Part shown: one piece after another, positions 49,420 through 62,900 of the stretch
Numbering within the stretch: the stretch's first letter is position 1
Layout of the letters: the number at the start of each line of letters is the position of its first letter
Assembly: GCA_051530055.1 (NCBI GenBank)
Contig: CM121342.1
Coordinates: forward strand, 13,345,480-13,409,479
Origin: Neoechinorhynchus agilis
Taxonomy: Eukaryota; Animalia; Acanthocephala
Direction: 5' to 3'
Length of the DNA: 64,000 bases
The notes under the pieces: generated by a model
Databases searched by the model: none
What the model was told of the DNA's origin: nothing
What the model saw: only the letters and a program-made list of their open reading frames with translations
Made by a program: the position numbers and the translations under genes

Positions 49420-49550
49420 AATGATTTTAAAGGCTACCCGCGTGCGACAGCATTCTTTAAACAAAACATCCCCGTCTCAGTACAACGAGGGAATGCTGCC
49501 AGCGTAAGGAAAATCGCGGCTCCACAGAACATTATCTTCCAAAACTTGTA
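49420..49550 (+). mobile_element. 3' tail fragment of a CRE-like element
   Basis: FFKQNIPVSVQRGNAASV. Confidence 0.6.
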
Positions 49551-49668
49551 AATTTTAATAAATACAAATAAAATAGATAAAGGTTATATCATTCGATCTA
49601 ATGATGAAAATTATTTGGATTAAATGATTCGCGTGGCATTGTAATATCACTTTCACTAATATAAATTA

Positions 49669-52600
49669 TCACTTGGAAAATAATTATCAATTATTAGCTT
49701 TTCCTTTTCAATTTCTTCGTCAGTCTGCTCACATGAAAGAGAGCAAAATATCGACTTTACGAAATTAACGAAACCTCATTCTGGGGACGCACCATATCAA
49801 GTAACGCCCTTCGTCCACCAGCCAATCGCAATACCCTTATCCGTAACTGCAGCTGATGGCACAATACCGGCAAAATATCTAGTTGTTGCTCGACCATTCT
49901 CTTTTGCTTTTCGCTCGGAATCTAAATTCAATGTGTTCCATCAAATTTATTTTAGTTTAACGATACTCAACGTCAGTTATGAATCTTTCCATTGCGTCAT
50001 GCAGTCGGACACCTTCTTCGACTAAAAATCCGGCCTGCACAAACAAGTCTTGGGCGCAGTGAATAGACCCTTCATTTCTTGTAAACTGATACATTGAGAA
50101 AGCCATATTGGACATGTTTTTGGCTCTCTGCGACGAGGTATTTATAAAAAGTTTTTTTATGTTACCTTTATTATTTCGTTATGATGAGCTTCATCCCACC
50201 TCTCTGCTTCACAGTCCACCTCATTTGTGGCTATTTTCATCTCCATTCCTAGAAGAGTAATTCGCGCCTTTTCCTAATAATTAAAACCGGTTGACGAACA
50301 TTCAAAAGGATAACTGACCGATGGCTCAAGCTGTAAAGCGCATCTCGATAGTGCAGAAGCGGTGTAACTTCGATCAATCGCACTCGAAGATTTGATCGAT
50401 TGTGTGAGGTGAACATTGCGGCCCGTAGTACCATGTCGACCCGGACGAGGCAAGGAAAAGTACGCAAACATCCCTTGTTGACTCTCAACAACGTCCTGAA
50501 GTTCCTTTATTAGCACTCCAAATTCGTTCATCTCAGCGATCCAATATCGACTTAAATTGTCATAAAGATCCAAATAACATTCACCTGCACCCGCTGATGG
50601 ATTAATTAGTTCCGCGGCTTCTGTCACAAGTTGTCTTGCTGATTCACAAATTAGTTCGTACAGGCAGCGAAACATTGAACCGTGATGTTCACATGCCACC
50701 GTTAGTGGTACACACGGCGATATTTGAACCATCAGACGGCAAAGCTATATTGATAATGAATTAAAACGTGCATGGATAATCAACTGTCCATCCCTATAAC
50801 TCACTTCACAGACGGTCTCGTTCTGTTCTTCGAACTTTCTTAAAGACAATTCCATCATATCTTTTCGCCCCAACATTCCATATTCCCGCATTTCACCCAA
50901 AGTACTAACCTCATCACTCATTCGAAAGATTTGAATTGCTTGGTGTAGGACGAGGTTTTCTAGCTGAGTGGAAGCAACCGTCAAAGAACTGAGTGTTATA
51001 GTGAAAAGTTAAACACATACCTGTGTAGATAGTTGTTGAATTACGCTTTTTAAATTCTGGAAATTCACACTTGTCATCTTTTCCCTGTTGCCACCGCTAC
51101 ATTCCAAGAATTGATCAGTTATTAGTTTAAGCTGGTAAATGTATGTAGTTATTCGGTCGCGCTGTTCGTGGCTAACGAAACTAGCTTCTCCGAATAGACC
51201 AGAACGGTCGCAAATCACTTTTACTGCAGCTGCGAGATCGGGTGCGGCCATGCATTGCTTGTCCGAGGTCGCTAAGTGACTGTCGATGAAGGCCTAATTA
51301 AAAGTTATCTTCGTTTTTCAGAAGGAATCTTTTTAGTAGAAACCAAGCAGTATAAGGGATTGCTCCGAGTAAAATGCAGTCTTGGCATTACAAGAAACAC
51401 ATTTTCGGCGAACATTTAGCTACAGTAAGCCATTAAGATTGTATTAAACAAATCTGCATATTTTGTGCATTCTTAATACGATCTACTAAGTGTGATAAAA
51501 GAATTCCGCTGTGTGTACCAAAGACACTTTCCTAAATCAACCCGTCATTTAATGAATTGTTGAGACGCGATCTATTCAATGGTGATATGGTCTACGGCGA
51601 AGTACTATTCGACACCACCTTCAGTATGTTTCTGACAGGAAGCATATGTCGCCAACCTATCCGGACACATTCCCGGTTTGCTAGAAAGTTTGCAGCTTTA
51701 ACGAGTTTTTTCGCTGAACAGTACATCTACTTTGGATTGGACTAAAAGTGTTCGAAAAATTAACGACAAAAATTCCCCTTTAGTATAATATAGGATTTCA
51801 CTGGGAATACACGATTGCATCACCACTTACCTCAATCCGTTTTGAGCACGTGAAGTATGTTGCATTCAAGATATCATCACTTTTCTTCATATCGACACAT
51901 ATATTACTTTGACTCGATGTTAGTTGAGCACCGGAATCTACTACGATGCGTCTTGTTCTCCTTAAGTTTCTATGAACTTCCTGGAAGACTATGTCGCGAA
52001 CAACGTTGCTATCTGTGCATCGATTGGACAAACGTTGTTTCCGAATATGGCACTTGGTGGACAACAGCACCAAAAGAGTGAATTTCTCCAGAACAGTTCG
52101 AGCTGAAGATAACTGTGCTTTCTTCATGTCGTCCTTTAGATCCTAATAGGAGATGAACATTTTGAATACAATAAATGCAACTCACTGCCTGTCTATCTCC
52201 TGTAAAATGTGCAACAGCTACCATATCCGTTCCATATTGTGCGAATTTCGTTGCAAACTCCGAATATGTTCTTACATGATAGAGTTTGTCCAGTGATTGG
52301 GACACTTTATCAATAGCTGTGACGATTTCCGATACCATTAGCAAATCAGCTAGTAGCAAAACTCGAGTAACTGCCGACAAGAGATTCCTGCAAGCGTCCG
52401 TGAGTTCCTTCTTGGTGAGCTTATCGGTACATAAAAACGAATCGGTCGATACTGTGAAACCCAGAAGCAGGTCTCCTGCTAATCGTGCCTCTTCGCAAGC
52501 CTGCTCCATGTCCGATTTGAGAAGTGAGGGCTTCTTGTCTGAAGTCAATGATAATCCCACCGATATGAACCTTTTTATCGCCTCATGTACACTTTTCGTG

Positions 52601-52824
52601 ATTTCGTCTAATGGGCTATCGAATTTGGTTTGTCGAATCTGATGTTGGTGTTTTGCGGAGCTCGTGGCCTCCTGGAGCTTTATGAGCGCCGAGATTTGTC
52701 GTACCAAAGGCAACAGTGTGCTTTCCACGCTTCTAATTTTTATATCAAGTGTGGAGGACAGTAGGCTATCGGTTGCTGCACTGAAAGTCGTGTTTGACCG
52801 CTGGAACAATTTTTTGTCGGCCAT
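49669..52824 (-). CDS. CTNNAL1: Alpha-catulin (vinculin/alpha-catenin family); last exon uncertain
   Basis: IKIRSVESTLLPLVRQIS, LLSAVTRVLLLAD, HFTGDRQADLKD, FSLPRPGRHG, AKNMSNMAFSMYQFTRNEG; about 7 GT-AG introns. Confidence 0.88.
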
Positions 52825-53199
52825 GGTTCCCTCTCGGTTGGCCAAGCGTCTGGAAGCGAGTGGTGGACACTGGGTTCACTTTTGGTGTAAAAAGGCACAA
52901 CTTGAGGAAATGGCAGCGGTTTTCCAATCGCAGGAAGCTTCCGACGACGTGGGAAAGTAAACGTCGTCGTCTTTTACAATGCTTGTGTATTCGTGCAACA
53001 CTGCGAACCCCGATGCTGATGTGTCAGGGTTTTTATTGTGCACTTTTTAGGTAGCTTGTATGTATCTACTACTCATTGGACAATTTTCACGTTGGCAATT
53101 TTTCAAAGACGAACGCACCAGTGCAAATGGCATTACCAAAAATCGTAGAGGAAAGCTACGTTGCTGTGATCGCAGTTACTGTTGAGCTGAAAAAGCTGA

Positions 53200-53900
53200 C
53201 GGTAACTGATAATCACAAAAACGTCTGCTTTAAGATAATGAGATGTTCTGGCTGATATTTCAGTCATAGTACCAAAGGATTACCTAATTCGTCGATTGCA
53301 ACCAGAACCGGGAGCGGTCGTCGCCAGTTGTACCTCAGTGGTTATCTCACTGCCATTGCGCATTCCGAGATCATCAGGACTGAATAGAAGCAAAAATGGA
53401 TCAATTGTCGTGTTTTCATCAAAATGTGCTGACAAGTCATCCGAGTGATGTATACAGTGTCTATCAAATAGATATCGCATCAAGTGTCCCTTTTTAGGCA
53501 GATAAGCAATCCATGTGGACCTAATGACGGTTCGGTAGTCCTGAGAACTAGTTCGGATAGACTAAGTTTACAGGGAAAGAGATGAGTAAGCCCGTTTTGT
53601 GTTCAAAGGAATCTGTCACATATTTGGTTCGCTCGTAGAATGCAGCAATGCGCTCAAGTTTGTCATTTTAGGGTCTCTCGAGGAAGTCTGTCGGGACTCG
53701 ATTGACGATTACATGACCTTGTTTACAAAGCAAAATGCTCAAATAATGACAATGCGAAATAGAAGCCATCCTCCGATTGTGTACTTTCGCCGACTTAAAC
53801 AACTCTATTCAAATAGAGATTTGTAGGGTTTGCAAGACGATAAAGTTGTCCAATTCATCAGTTTTGATTGGCACTGCTAAACAGTAATCTCTTTCAGTCT
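53200..53900 (-). CDS. Hypothetical spliced gene or pseudogene; open stretches separated by stops
   Basis: Protein-like frames DKLERIAAFYERTKYVTDSFEHKTGLLISFP and STWIAYLPKKGHLMRYLF...; no recognised homology. Confidence 0.3.
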
Positions 53901-56355
53901 GTTAAGCAACGCATCAACTATAAAGCACTCACTTTTTGCACTTTTAGTGACATCGCAAAATCTGCTACGAACAATACGAGTTCACTCGATTTAACTCCGT
54001 AGTCTAGGCCAATAATGCTTAAATATAATCAATCATAGAGATCTAAAATGACAAATGTGTCGAAATTTATAGATTTCAAAGTCTGATCGGAAGCTGGACC
54101 TGTGGCGTTCATTCAGTTTTGAAGTTTGTTCTAATGTTTTTTGTATTTGGTGTGTGGATCCCGGCGATCATTTCGAAATGATGGATTCCTCTGATTTCTT
54201 TTTAATAAGTTCCTTTATAAATCCCTAAAAAAAATGGTCGAAAACTTTATTGATTTAAGTCCAAATCTAACTGATGAATACAGCCATTTCGAATTTGGTC
54301 TTTTTTGGCACACTTTTTTCAAATTTTCTTTGTTAGCGAAAAAGTATTCATTCGCTCATAACGTCTTGCACGTGTATGATTTTCTCCTAAAATATGCATG
54401 GGAAGGTGTATAAAATTTATCTGATTCGTCAATTATGCAGAAACGGATCACGAAAGCTGGTTTTAGTTGTACTTTAGAAGGTATCGATAGTGATGATTAG
54501 TTGTGACCGTTAGTCGCTATTTTCACTAAATTGACGAATTACGTAAAATACGTCTTTTAGGTATTGATCAAAAGGTTTAAATTTGTAAGAAGTATGATGT
54601 TTGTAATGTTAGAAAATAGTTCGTAGCGAGAATCTAGGGTGTTTAAATAATTAGTCATATATAAAGAATTTTTATGCACGTAAGGGTGATTCTAAAGTCG
54701 ATGGCAATTTTTTGAATGATAGAGCAACAAAAAATGAACTGTCATTCTTTTTCCGTTGGGAGATAAAAATATTTATTTTGAAGACTGAATTATTTATGTT
54801 TGTATATCGGATTTAAAAAATGAGCGAGTTTTATTAAATCCGATATTTCGGTACAATCTCGTGACTTTATCAAGATTGTAAACCTTCCTTTTTCCGCTAT
54901 ATACAAAAATTAAAATATTTAAATGATATTTGTCGCATTTATGTACAAGAGTAACGTTGCAAAATGTCTTTGTGGCACGAGACTTATTCGTGGACTCGAC
55001 AAGGGTTACGTGCGCCAAATGTGTCTAACGAGAACATTTATTTACGAAAAAATTAAGCTTAATATTACTCTGGGTAATAACTTTTTAATAACATTGTCAC
55101 AAGCAACGTGTTGCTTCTTAATTTTAGCAGGCAAATAGACTTTTCATTCCGCAAATTTGATCTAATTAGTAGACAGCCACTAACTTTGAAAATTCATTCT
55201 AGTTTGCAGTTAGTATATACTTCTAGATTAAGCACTTGAGCGTATGTTCCTGTATCTATTGATAATATTAGGGGTTCAAGGTGATGTATACTTTCTAAAT
55301 CCACCGTAAGTTGAACTTTTTTGAAATCCAAGTTTATTGACATTGAGAAGAGGTTCTAATAATCGAAAAGGTCGACAAAGATTCGAGCACGTTAACGAAC
55401 GTCTCCTGTTTCAATCAGGCAATATTGCAAATGGAGGATATGGTTATCCAATGAATCCGATATCGGTGATTGAAGGGTCTGTTTTGCGGATATTATGGAT
55501 GCTGTCGCCTTCTCCCTGCTCATCTTCGGAGTGTTCTCTAATTCTGCAATATATGTGCAAAAACGACATCAAAGAGCACGAAAATACATTGTATTGGAAA
55601 AGGTGTTCGGTCCTTAAACGAGCCAATACTGACAGAGAAGTAATTATCGCTTAATTGCTTTGTCTTAAATATTTAAATTAATTTGCAAGGGTGTTTGTAG
55701 ATCAAAAGTATGTTCGCCAGAAAATCCACAAGGCATTCGATATGGAAATGAATGCGCGGATGAGCGGGCATTTTTTCCTTCAAACATGATAACACCTTGG
55801 AAAGTAAGTAGCAACTAAAATTACACAAAATAACCGTGATTTAAAAAAGACAATTGCTGTTTTCACTTCCAATTCATCTAAATGCTCGGAAATTCTAAAA
55901 TTCAAGACAAACGAATATGAGTGCAGTATAAATCCTATCACAATCGATTCGTCCTATAGACAACTATTTGGTTCATTGATTGAAAATACAAAGGAGGAAT
56001 GCGAAGTAAGTCAAATCATAATTATCTCTTCGCAGCCCAATCATACATATGAATCAATCTGAAGTGAGTAGGTATATGGCAAGGAAATTGAAGCATTTAA
56101 TTGATTTTCTTGGAATTTGAAGTACATTTTAAAGTAATTATTTGATGTAGTGGCATTGCATGGTAAATTTAATAGCTGTACGTCTAAAGTACAGTTGAAC
56201 CGCACAGTAATTTAGTTCTTTACCAATTGAAAAATGTAGTTTCGTTTATATTTTTCTTCTAAATGTTCAAACCTTGAATACATTTAGCTACGAACTTTCG
56301 TCGTTTAACGGACTAATTTCAGTATTAGCTTAGGAACACTTTAGAAGTATTTTTA

Positions 56356-56555
56356 GGCCTTCACTCGGTAAATAATTTTTTATTAAATACGTTTCGAACC
56401 TCGTCGGGTTCTTCTTCAGTTCTAAAAAGCCACAATCAATCATAGGCGCGTGTGAGAGCAGAATAACAATTTCACTACTTGTTTTTTAGAACTGATGATG
56501 AACCCGACGGGGTTCGAAACGGTTTTAATAAAAAGTTATTTACCGGATGAAGACC
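56356..56555. mobile_element. Palindromic MITE-like element with hammerhead-like motifs on both strands
   Basis: TIR ggccttcactcggtaaata / tatttaccggatgaagacc; CTGAAGA..GAAAC on minus (about 56385-56428) and CTGATGA..GAAAC on plus (about 56487-56528). Confidence 0.8.
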
Positions 56556-59500
56556 AAAATAATACTTCTAATCATATACCCCAGTACCTCACGTGCCGAC
56601 ATTTTGACATCCACTTTACATAGCCAGCACTGAAAGTGGCTACATGTACAAAATTTTGAATGACATCCTAAACCATTTAGATCAACTTCTGCAATTAATT
56701 CTACACAAATTTCGAGGCTACACTCAACTTGTTTGTTAAACGAGAACGACAAGTCATCATAGCACTACGAGTTTAAAATCTGAAACCTTAATTCTATATT
56801 GACGCGACATGAAATTTCTACCTTCAATCTTCTCCACTTATGGGGTCACACCAAGTTTTTAAAGTCAGACGCTGTCATCCATTTTGGTATTTAGAATAGC
56901 AATTTACGATTAGACGGACGCAGAGTACCGAGACAATGGAGGAAGATTAAAAGGGAATATCCAGACCAAGACAAGCTTGTATGCTTAAGCCTACCTGACA
57001 CAGAATTACCTAACCACGAATTCGACTGGGTTATTCCTGAGATGACCACAATTCGATCAGAGTGCACTCTACGTATAAGGTCATCCAGAATTACTGTTTA
57101 GAATTTCTCGCCAACTTAATCGGTGTCTATTTTAGATACAATATTTCTTCATTTAGTAGTCATGGTTCCAAAGAGTGGGTTTACCTGCCAATTTTGAGCA
57201 CAACAATTAATCTTCGTACAGGATATTCGAAGACGTTCCGAATGCAATGTTCGATGTCCACCCTGTGGATTTCAAAATTTTCGAAGACAGGTGATCGTTT
57301 TTGGAAAAAATAGTGGTCAAATATAAAGGAACTTTGATACGTCCTTTACCGCTGTTCTATGAGTATGAGAATTGTAAAATTATGCTTCCTATACTTTATT
57401 AAATGCTCCACGCGTAGAATATCGCCTAGAAAACTTTTTACAGGCGTCTTTTTATTATTAAACGGTTCCATAACACCGTCGATCATAAAGTCGGCTAAGA
57501 GGATGACGAATATCTGAACTCAATTGTAGTTTATCTGTATTCTTATAGCTATTTGCCTCTGTGCGAGCACTGGCTTCTAGTATATTGTTCTTACTAATTA
57601 TCTGCGTACATTCAGAAGTCACTCATTTCAAGTGATAAAGCGGCCTAAGCTATTATCGAATCGCACATGGATCTACAATGTCAATGTTGGTGGCGATATC
57701 GAAAGTGTGATTGATAGAAAGAGACCAAGATTTATACCCGATAACATTATCATGGGCCGTAATCATCTTGTTCATATTCAGTAAGGGATTTGTGAATGAC
57801 CTTGCACTTGGGAAAGTTATTCGAGTTTAGATGGACATCTTTGTTTGAAGGCGAACGATGTGACTTGCTTCCCTTAAAGGTATGTGCACCTTCAATATAT
57901 CATCTTAAACATTTTGTTCAAGGACATTCATAGCAACATTCCGTTTCTAGCTAACTCTAGTCTTGTACCATTCTACGTTTTGAAAGAGCAATTTCTCGTT
58001 GATAACGATCTTGTTGATTTTGCTCCATTGTCAGTCGAAAGTGCCCAACCCGGCTACTATGATTTCTTATCGACAAGGCAGAATAATTTCTCATTTCATT
58101 ATTTCGCCAGGGACCTTTTTGGGAAGATCATACTTAAAAGGCCCTTGTTCGGTACCAAAAGTTGAGGATAACTGTCGAAGATTCAAATGAAATTAAATTT
58201 CTGTATATAAATGATACCAGATCTAAATTCACCACCAGGAGGTATTTATTTAATTGATGCTTTAGAAAATAACAAATCTCGCTTAGTGATTCAACACTTA
58301 CTCTCGATGCCGGCAATGGACAATTCGCTCGAATAACCATCAGTGACTATAAAACGGACAATTATTCACACGACGTGAAGTCTCTGGTTAGTCTTTCTGG
58401 TTGCAGCACAGTATTTCTATGTAAAGGCGTCGTAAACCTGTTATAAAGACTGCTGATTTTATTTAACTTGATAAACATAAGTGCGGTGATTTATACGCAG
58501 TTTTTCTTATGTCATTCAGGATGGTTTTAATGCACGTTCCTTGAGAAATTTCTTTTATAAGCATCATTCGTTACCATACCTTTCTCGCACCCTATTAACC
58601 ATGCTCTAAAAACGAAAACGAGTTTTAAACTTAAACAGGCAAATGCAGATTTTCGGCTTCAATCGCAAATCGAATATTAGGTGTCGATATTTTCATACTT
58701 TGTTTTCTAGCTAAAACAGTCATTCTTAATCTCAGCACAATTATATTATCAAAAATTTATCGTATTCAGCTTTTACTTGATTTAGTTTGCTTTCCAAATT
58801 TTACAGAACAGTTGTAGATCAAAAGAGGAACAAAGCAGTAGAAAAAATAGCCTCAGTTTGCTTCAGTACAAGATTAATATCTTCTGAGAAAGGCTACCGA
58901 CCGTTACTCATTGCAACTCACTAATTGACAAGCACAGTCGTTCACTTTCTTCAAACAATGCGTAGGTTGACTTCATTCGAATCAAGCCGGCGGATTTTGA
59001 GAAGCGAAGGGAACTGCGGATTTCGATTTTAAGTTCACAACAGTTGGCGTCTATGTTTTGTTCGAACTTTGGCGAACTGGTTGCATGCAAACGATTGGAA
59101 ATGGGTGTAAATACTAAAGTATTGATTCCGGGGCATTTATTAACGTTCACGAAGCAACGAAAGGTTAGTTATTTTCGCTACACTATAAACTTTTCGAAAA
59201 CCTTCTCGATCGTTCTAGATGCAAAACGCGTCGATTACTGCCATTATCGCCGCAGTGGCACATTTCATAGCAATATCATTGGTGGCTGTGTTGAGAAGGA
59301 ATAAAATCAAGGGTGATATTTAGAACGGTTTTCATTCATTTGGGATCCCCGTGAGACCTGGGAATGTTGTTCGTTCTCCATGCAGAGGTTAGCGACCTCC
59401 TGTATAAGTGTCATAAATCACCGTGTGTATGAGTGCAAAAGTGTGTGTTTCGGTGCATTTGAGACTCACTGCTATTGTCCAAGAAACCAAAAAGCAGACT

Positions 59501-59691
59501 GAAACGACTATTTCACTTGTGTTTCAACGTTCAGGAAAATTGTGAAGGCACGCGGTTAATAGGTTCGCTACTTTTATTGCACCTCATCCTTTTTGAGCAC
59601 AAAAACGCTTCTCTTCCATCAGTCTTCTCGGTTAAAAACGTCTTTGACGTCTAGTTGTTCATATCTTACTCATGGAGGAGTTCCGAGTAGT

Positions 59692-59913
59692 TTATTTGTC
59701 CCTCCAATGAAGTATTTCCGAAATTATTCGCCCAATTGACGTTATTCTTATGTGGACTTTTGATGCCCACATCAAAACAGAGTGCTCATTTCCGTCGGAC
59801 GACTGATAAATATCTAAATAACATAACGCAGCATTCCTCCACATATCAGCTTTCGCTACATATGCCTTGCCGTCACTATATCCCACCGCCAATGTTTTGA
59901 GAAGGGTACACAT
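59692..59913 (-). CDS. Hypothetical first exon of a gene divergent from hillarin
   Basis: ORF MCTLLKTLAVGYSDGKAYVAKADMWRNAALCYLDIYQ...; no recognised homology. Confidence 0.3.
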   Translation of the reverse strand: MCTLLKTLAVGYSDGKAYVAKADMWRNAALCYLDIYQSSDGNEHSVLMWASKVHIRITSIGRIISEILHWRDK

Positions 59914-59949
59914 ACTCAACAACGGTACTGCTGCCAACAAGTCTCACCA

Positions 59950-62900
59950 ATGGATGATAAATTACATACTTCGGTCGTAGCCACCGACAACAACACCGCA
60001 ATGGACGCTGATGATGGTTTCTCTTCGGCACCCCAGGCTGCACAAATGACAGTTACAGCTCTGCGGCGAAACCTTCAGCAAATGACTATTGATTCAAGTG
60101 GAGCCAATGGAAACGACCCGAAAGGCGTATTTAATAGCCTTTGTCCCCGTTGTGGGCAAATTGTTTATCCTGTTGAGAAAATAGGACCGATCAAAGGACT
60201 AACCTACCATCGAGTTTGTTTCAAATGTATTAAATGTGATCGACAGCTCGATCTTAAAACCTATTTCACTAACGCCGAAGATCTTCAAGACAAACAAATC
60301 TATTGTCAAAATCATTTTCCGAGATCCAATAAAGGTTGTGTAGATTTCGATAATCTGCATCTCCGTGGACTTCTACAAGCACCAAAACTGTCCGTTATTC
60401 ATCAGTTAAATTTTCCGAAACCGTCTGTCGATGGACGTTCAGTAGGAATAGCGCATGCTGTTCAGGCCCAAAATCTTTTGCACAATACAAGAGATAAGTT
60501 TTGTGGGCGTCACCTTTTCCCTGCTTTGCCGCCGGAAATAACGGAGGCTAGAAAGCAGATCGCAAAGTATCAGCGAGATTTGGAAGAGCGACAGAAACTT
60601 GAGGAAGATGAACTGTATAAAAAATTTGTTGAAGAACGACGTTTGGAGGAGGATAGGATTGAACGGGAAGTCGAGACCATGTATGAACGAGGAATAAGAA
60701 AACTAAAAGCGAAATATCAGTCTGAGATTGGCCACGATGCATATGAAAAGACTGAGTTAGCAATGAAAATGGAGAAGGAAAAAAAGGAGTTGGAGAGGAG
60801 TTGGACACTTGAGAAAGGAGAGCGGACTAAACGGTTGCGACGTGCTTTTATGGAGAAAGCTCAAAATCAGACGGCGGCACTGGTCGCACGACAAAGCGAG
60901 GAGATGCTGGAATTGATTAGAACAAAGGAGCAAGAGATGTTTAAGAATCTCGTTACTGAGGATAACCAACTTTCAGTGGGTGCATCAGGTGGGGCTATAT
61001 CATTCGCGGTTGAATCACGAAAAAGACAAGCACCACCGCCTCCGTCCCCACCAACCACCCGCAAGCACCAACTCTACACCGACATCACCGTTATTGAGCA
61101 CGTAGATGCTCAGGCTATCGAGGTTAGTTGTTAGAAAAATTTATATTCTGCGAACGTTTAATTTGTCGCTACATTCCCTGCTTTAATGTTATCGATTTTG
61201 CTAATTTGCATAGTAGAAAATTCGATTGATATTTTAATTTATTTAAAGCACTGTGTAATATTAATAATTCAAAGATATCAACTTAAGTATTTACAATCTC
61301 TTAAAGGTGGCTCAGTATGACCAATCTTCATATACCGAATTGGTATCGGCGCTTACAAGTGACTTAAGCACCGAACTTGAGAAGGCTAGAGCGATATTTC
61401 GTTGGATAACAGTGGCACGTTCTTTTTTGATTGTTTTGCGGTGCAGTAGAGTCGAATGACAACCGGAAAAGGACGTTTTAAAAGACTTGAATTGCATGAG
61501 TTTTGATGAAGATCTTGATTCGGACACTCCGATGGGATTACTGCGTGGAATCAAATATGGCACAGAGACATATCATACACTCTTCATGCGTTTATGCAGG
61601 TTAGGTTTTTTAGAAATTCAATTTAAGTGTTCTCCATAAATTATTGAATAGTTATGCAGGTCTTGATTGCGTGAATATTAAAGGCCATTCAAAGAGTTTT
61701 GGGTATGAACCGGGCTATAGATTCGACTCTGATTCATTTTTGAACACATGGAATGCCGTACTTATTGACGGTGAATGGAGATTCGTTCAGTGCAACTGGG
61801 GTGCAAGGTAAATCCTCAGATTTTCTACCTTCATTTGTGATATTATTGTCGTTGCAGACATCTAGTTATGTGTAAAGATTCAAAATCGAAAGTTTCATCG
61901 GGAAAGTCGATTGATTTCGACTGTGAGATTACTAAAACAGGATATGCCGAAAATGGCGGTGCTGTTAAAGATAAGATAGAATACGAATATGATGAGCACT
62001 ATTTCTTAACTGATCCAGATGAATTTATATTTGAGTTTTTTCCATTCGAACCACGCTGGCAACTTCTCCCTCAACCTTTGACCATTGAGCAATTTGAACA
62101 ATTGCCGTTCGTCCGTTCCCTTTTCTTTCACTATTCGCTTGACTTCATAAATCAGAAACAGGCTGTGATAATTCCGTCGGATCGAAGAGGATCTTGTGAC
62201 ATTAAGCTAAAAATACCTAGCCTACTGAAACGTGAATTAGTTCTTCATTGTCAACTAAGACGGCTAGTTCAAGGAAGACAAGAAAGTGAAGTTCTTTTTC
62301 TTAAGGATGGAAATGCCCAACCGTGTAAGCTGGAGCGATTTGTTCTTCATACGACGAACGATGACATAGTTTCGTTTAATATCCACCTGCCGGCTATCGG
62401 AGATTATTATCTTGAAATCTTCGCTAATCTTATCAAACAACGGAAAACTACTTTCGGACAGAGCTTCAAACTTCGATGCGTCTGCAAATACAAAGTTTGT
62501 TGTAGAAGCTTGGAGCAGTCTATGCACCCCCTTCCTCCCTGTGCTCATGGCGAATGGGGACCTGAAAAAGCCGCACGGCATTACGGATGGACACCAGTTT
62601 CACATCCTAGTGCGATAATAGAAACTATTTTTTCAACCGTTTATATATTATTCAAAATTCGACAAAACCTTAAATTTCATTGTAAGCTTCATGAGTGTAG
62701 CGGCATAAGTGGTGGTAATGCCATTGTTTATGCGTTCTCTAACTTCTACGGAGACGATCAGGACGAATGGTTGATCGTTATTAAAGCAACCTTGCCAATG
62801 TTGGGCCAATATGGACTTGATATTTACGCACGAGAAGTGGCAAGTGAAGGAAACACTGAAACTTCAAGCAGGAAAAAGTTTATGAGTCATTGTTGTAGAC

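Noticed and set aside
55337-58400. Harbinger- or Tc1-like transposase remnants that could mobilise the inserts
   Set aside because: Only vague motif echoes (GGYGYP, QDD) in broken frames, not enough to call.
1230-62618. Numerous short ORFs antisense to or overlapping the identified genes (e.g. 1993-2433, 14443-14661, 52286-52642, 60548-60808, 62264-62581)
   Set aside because: Shadow frames with no independent motifs.
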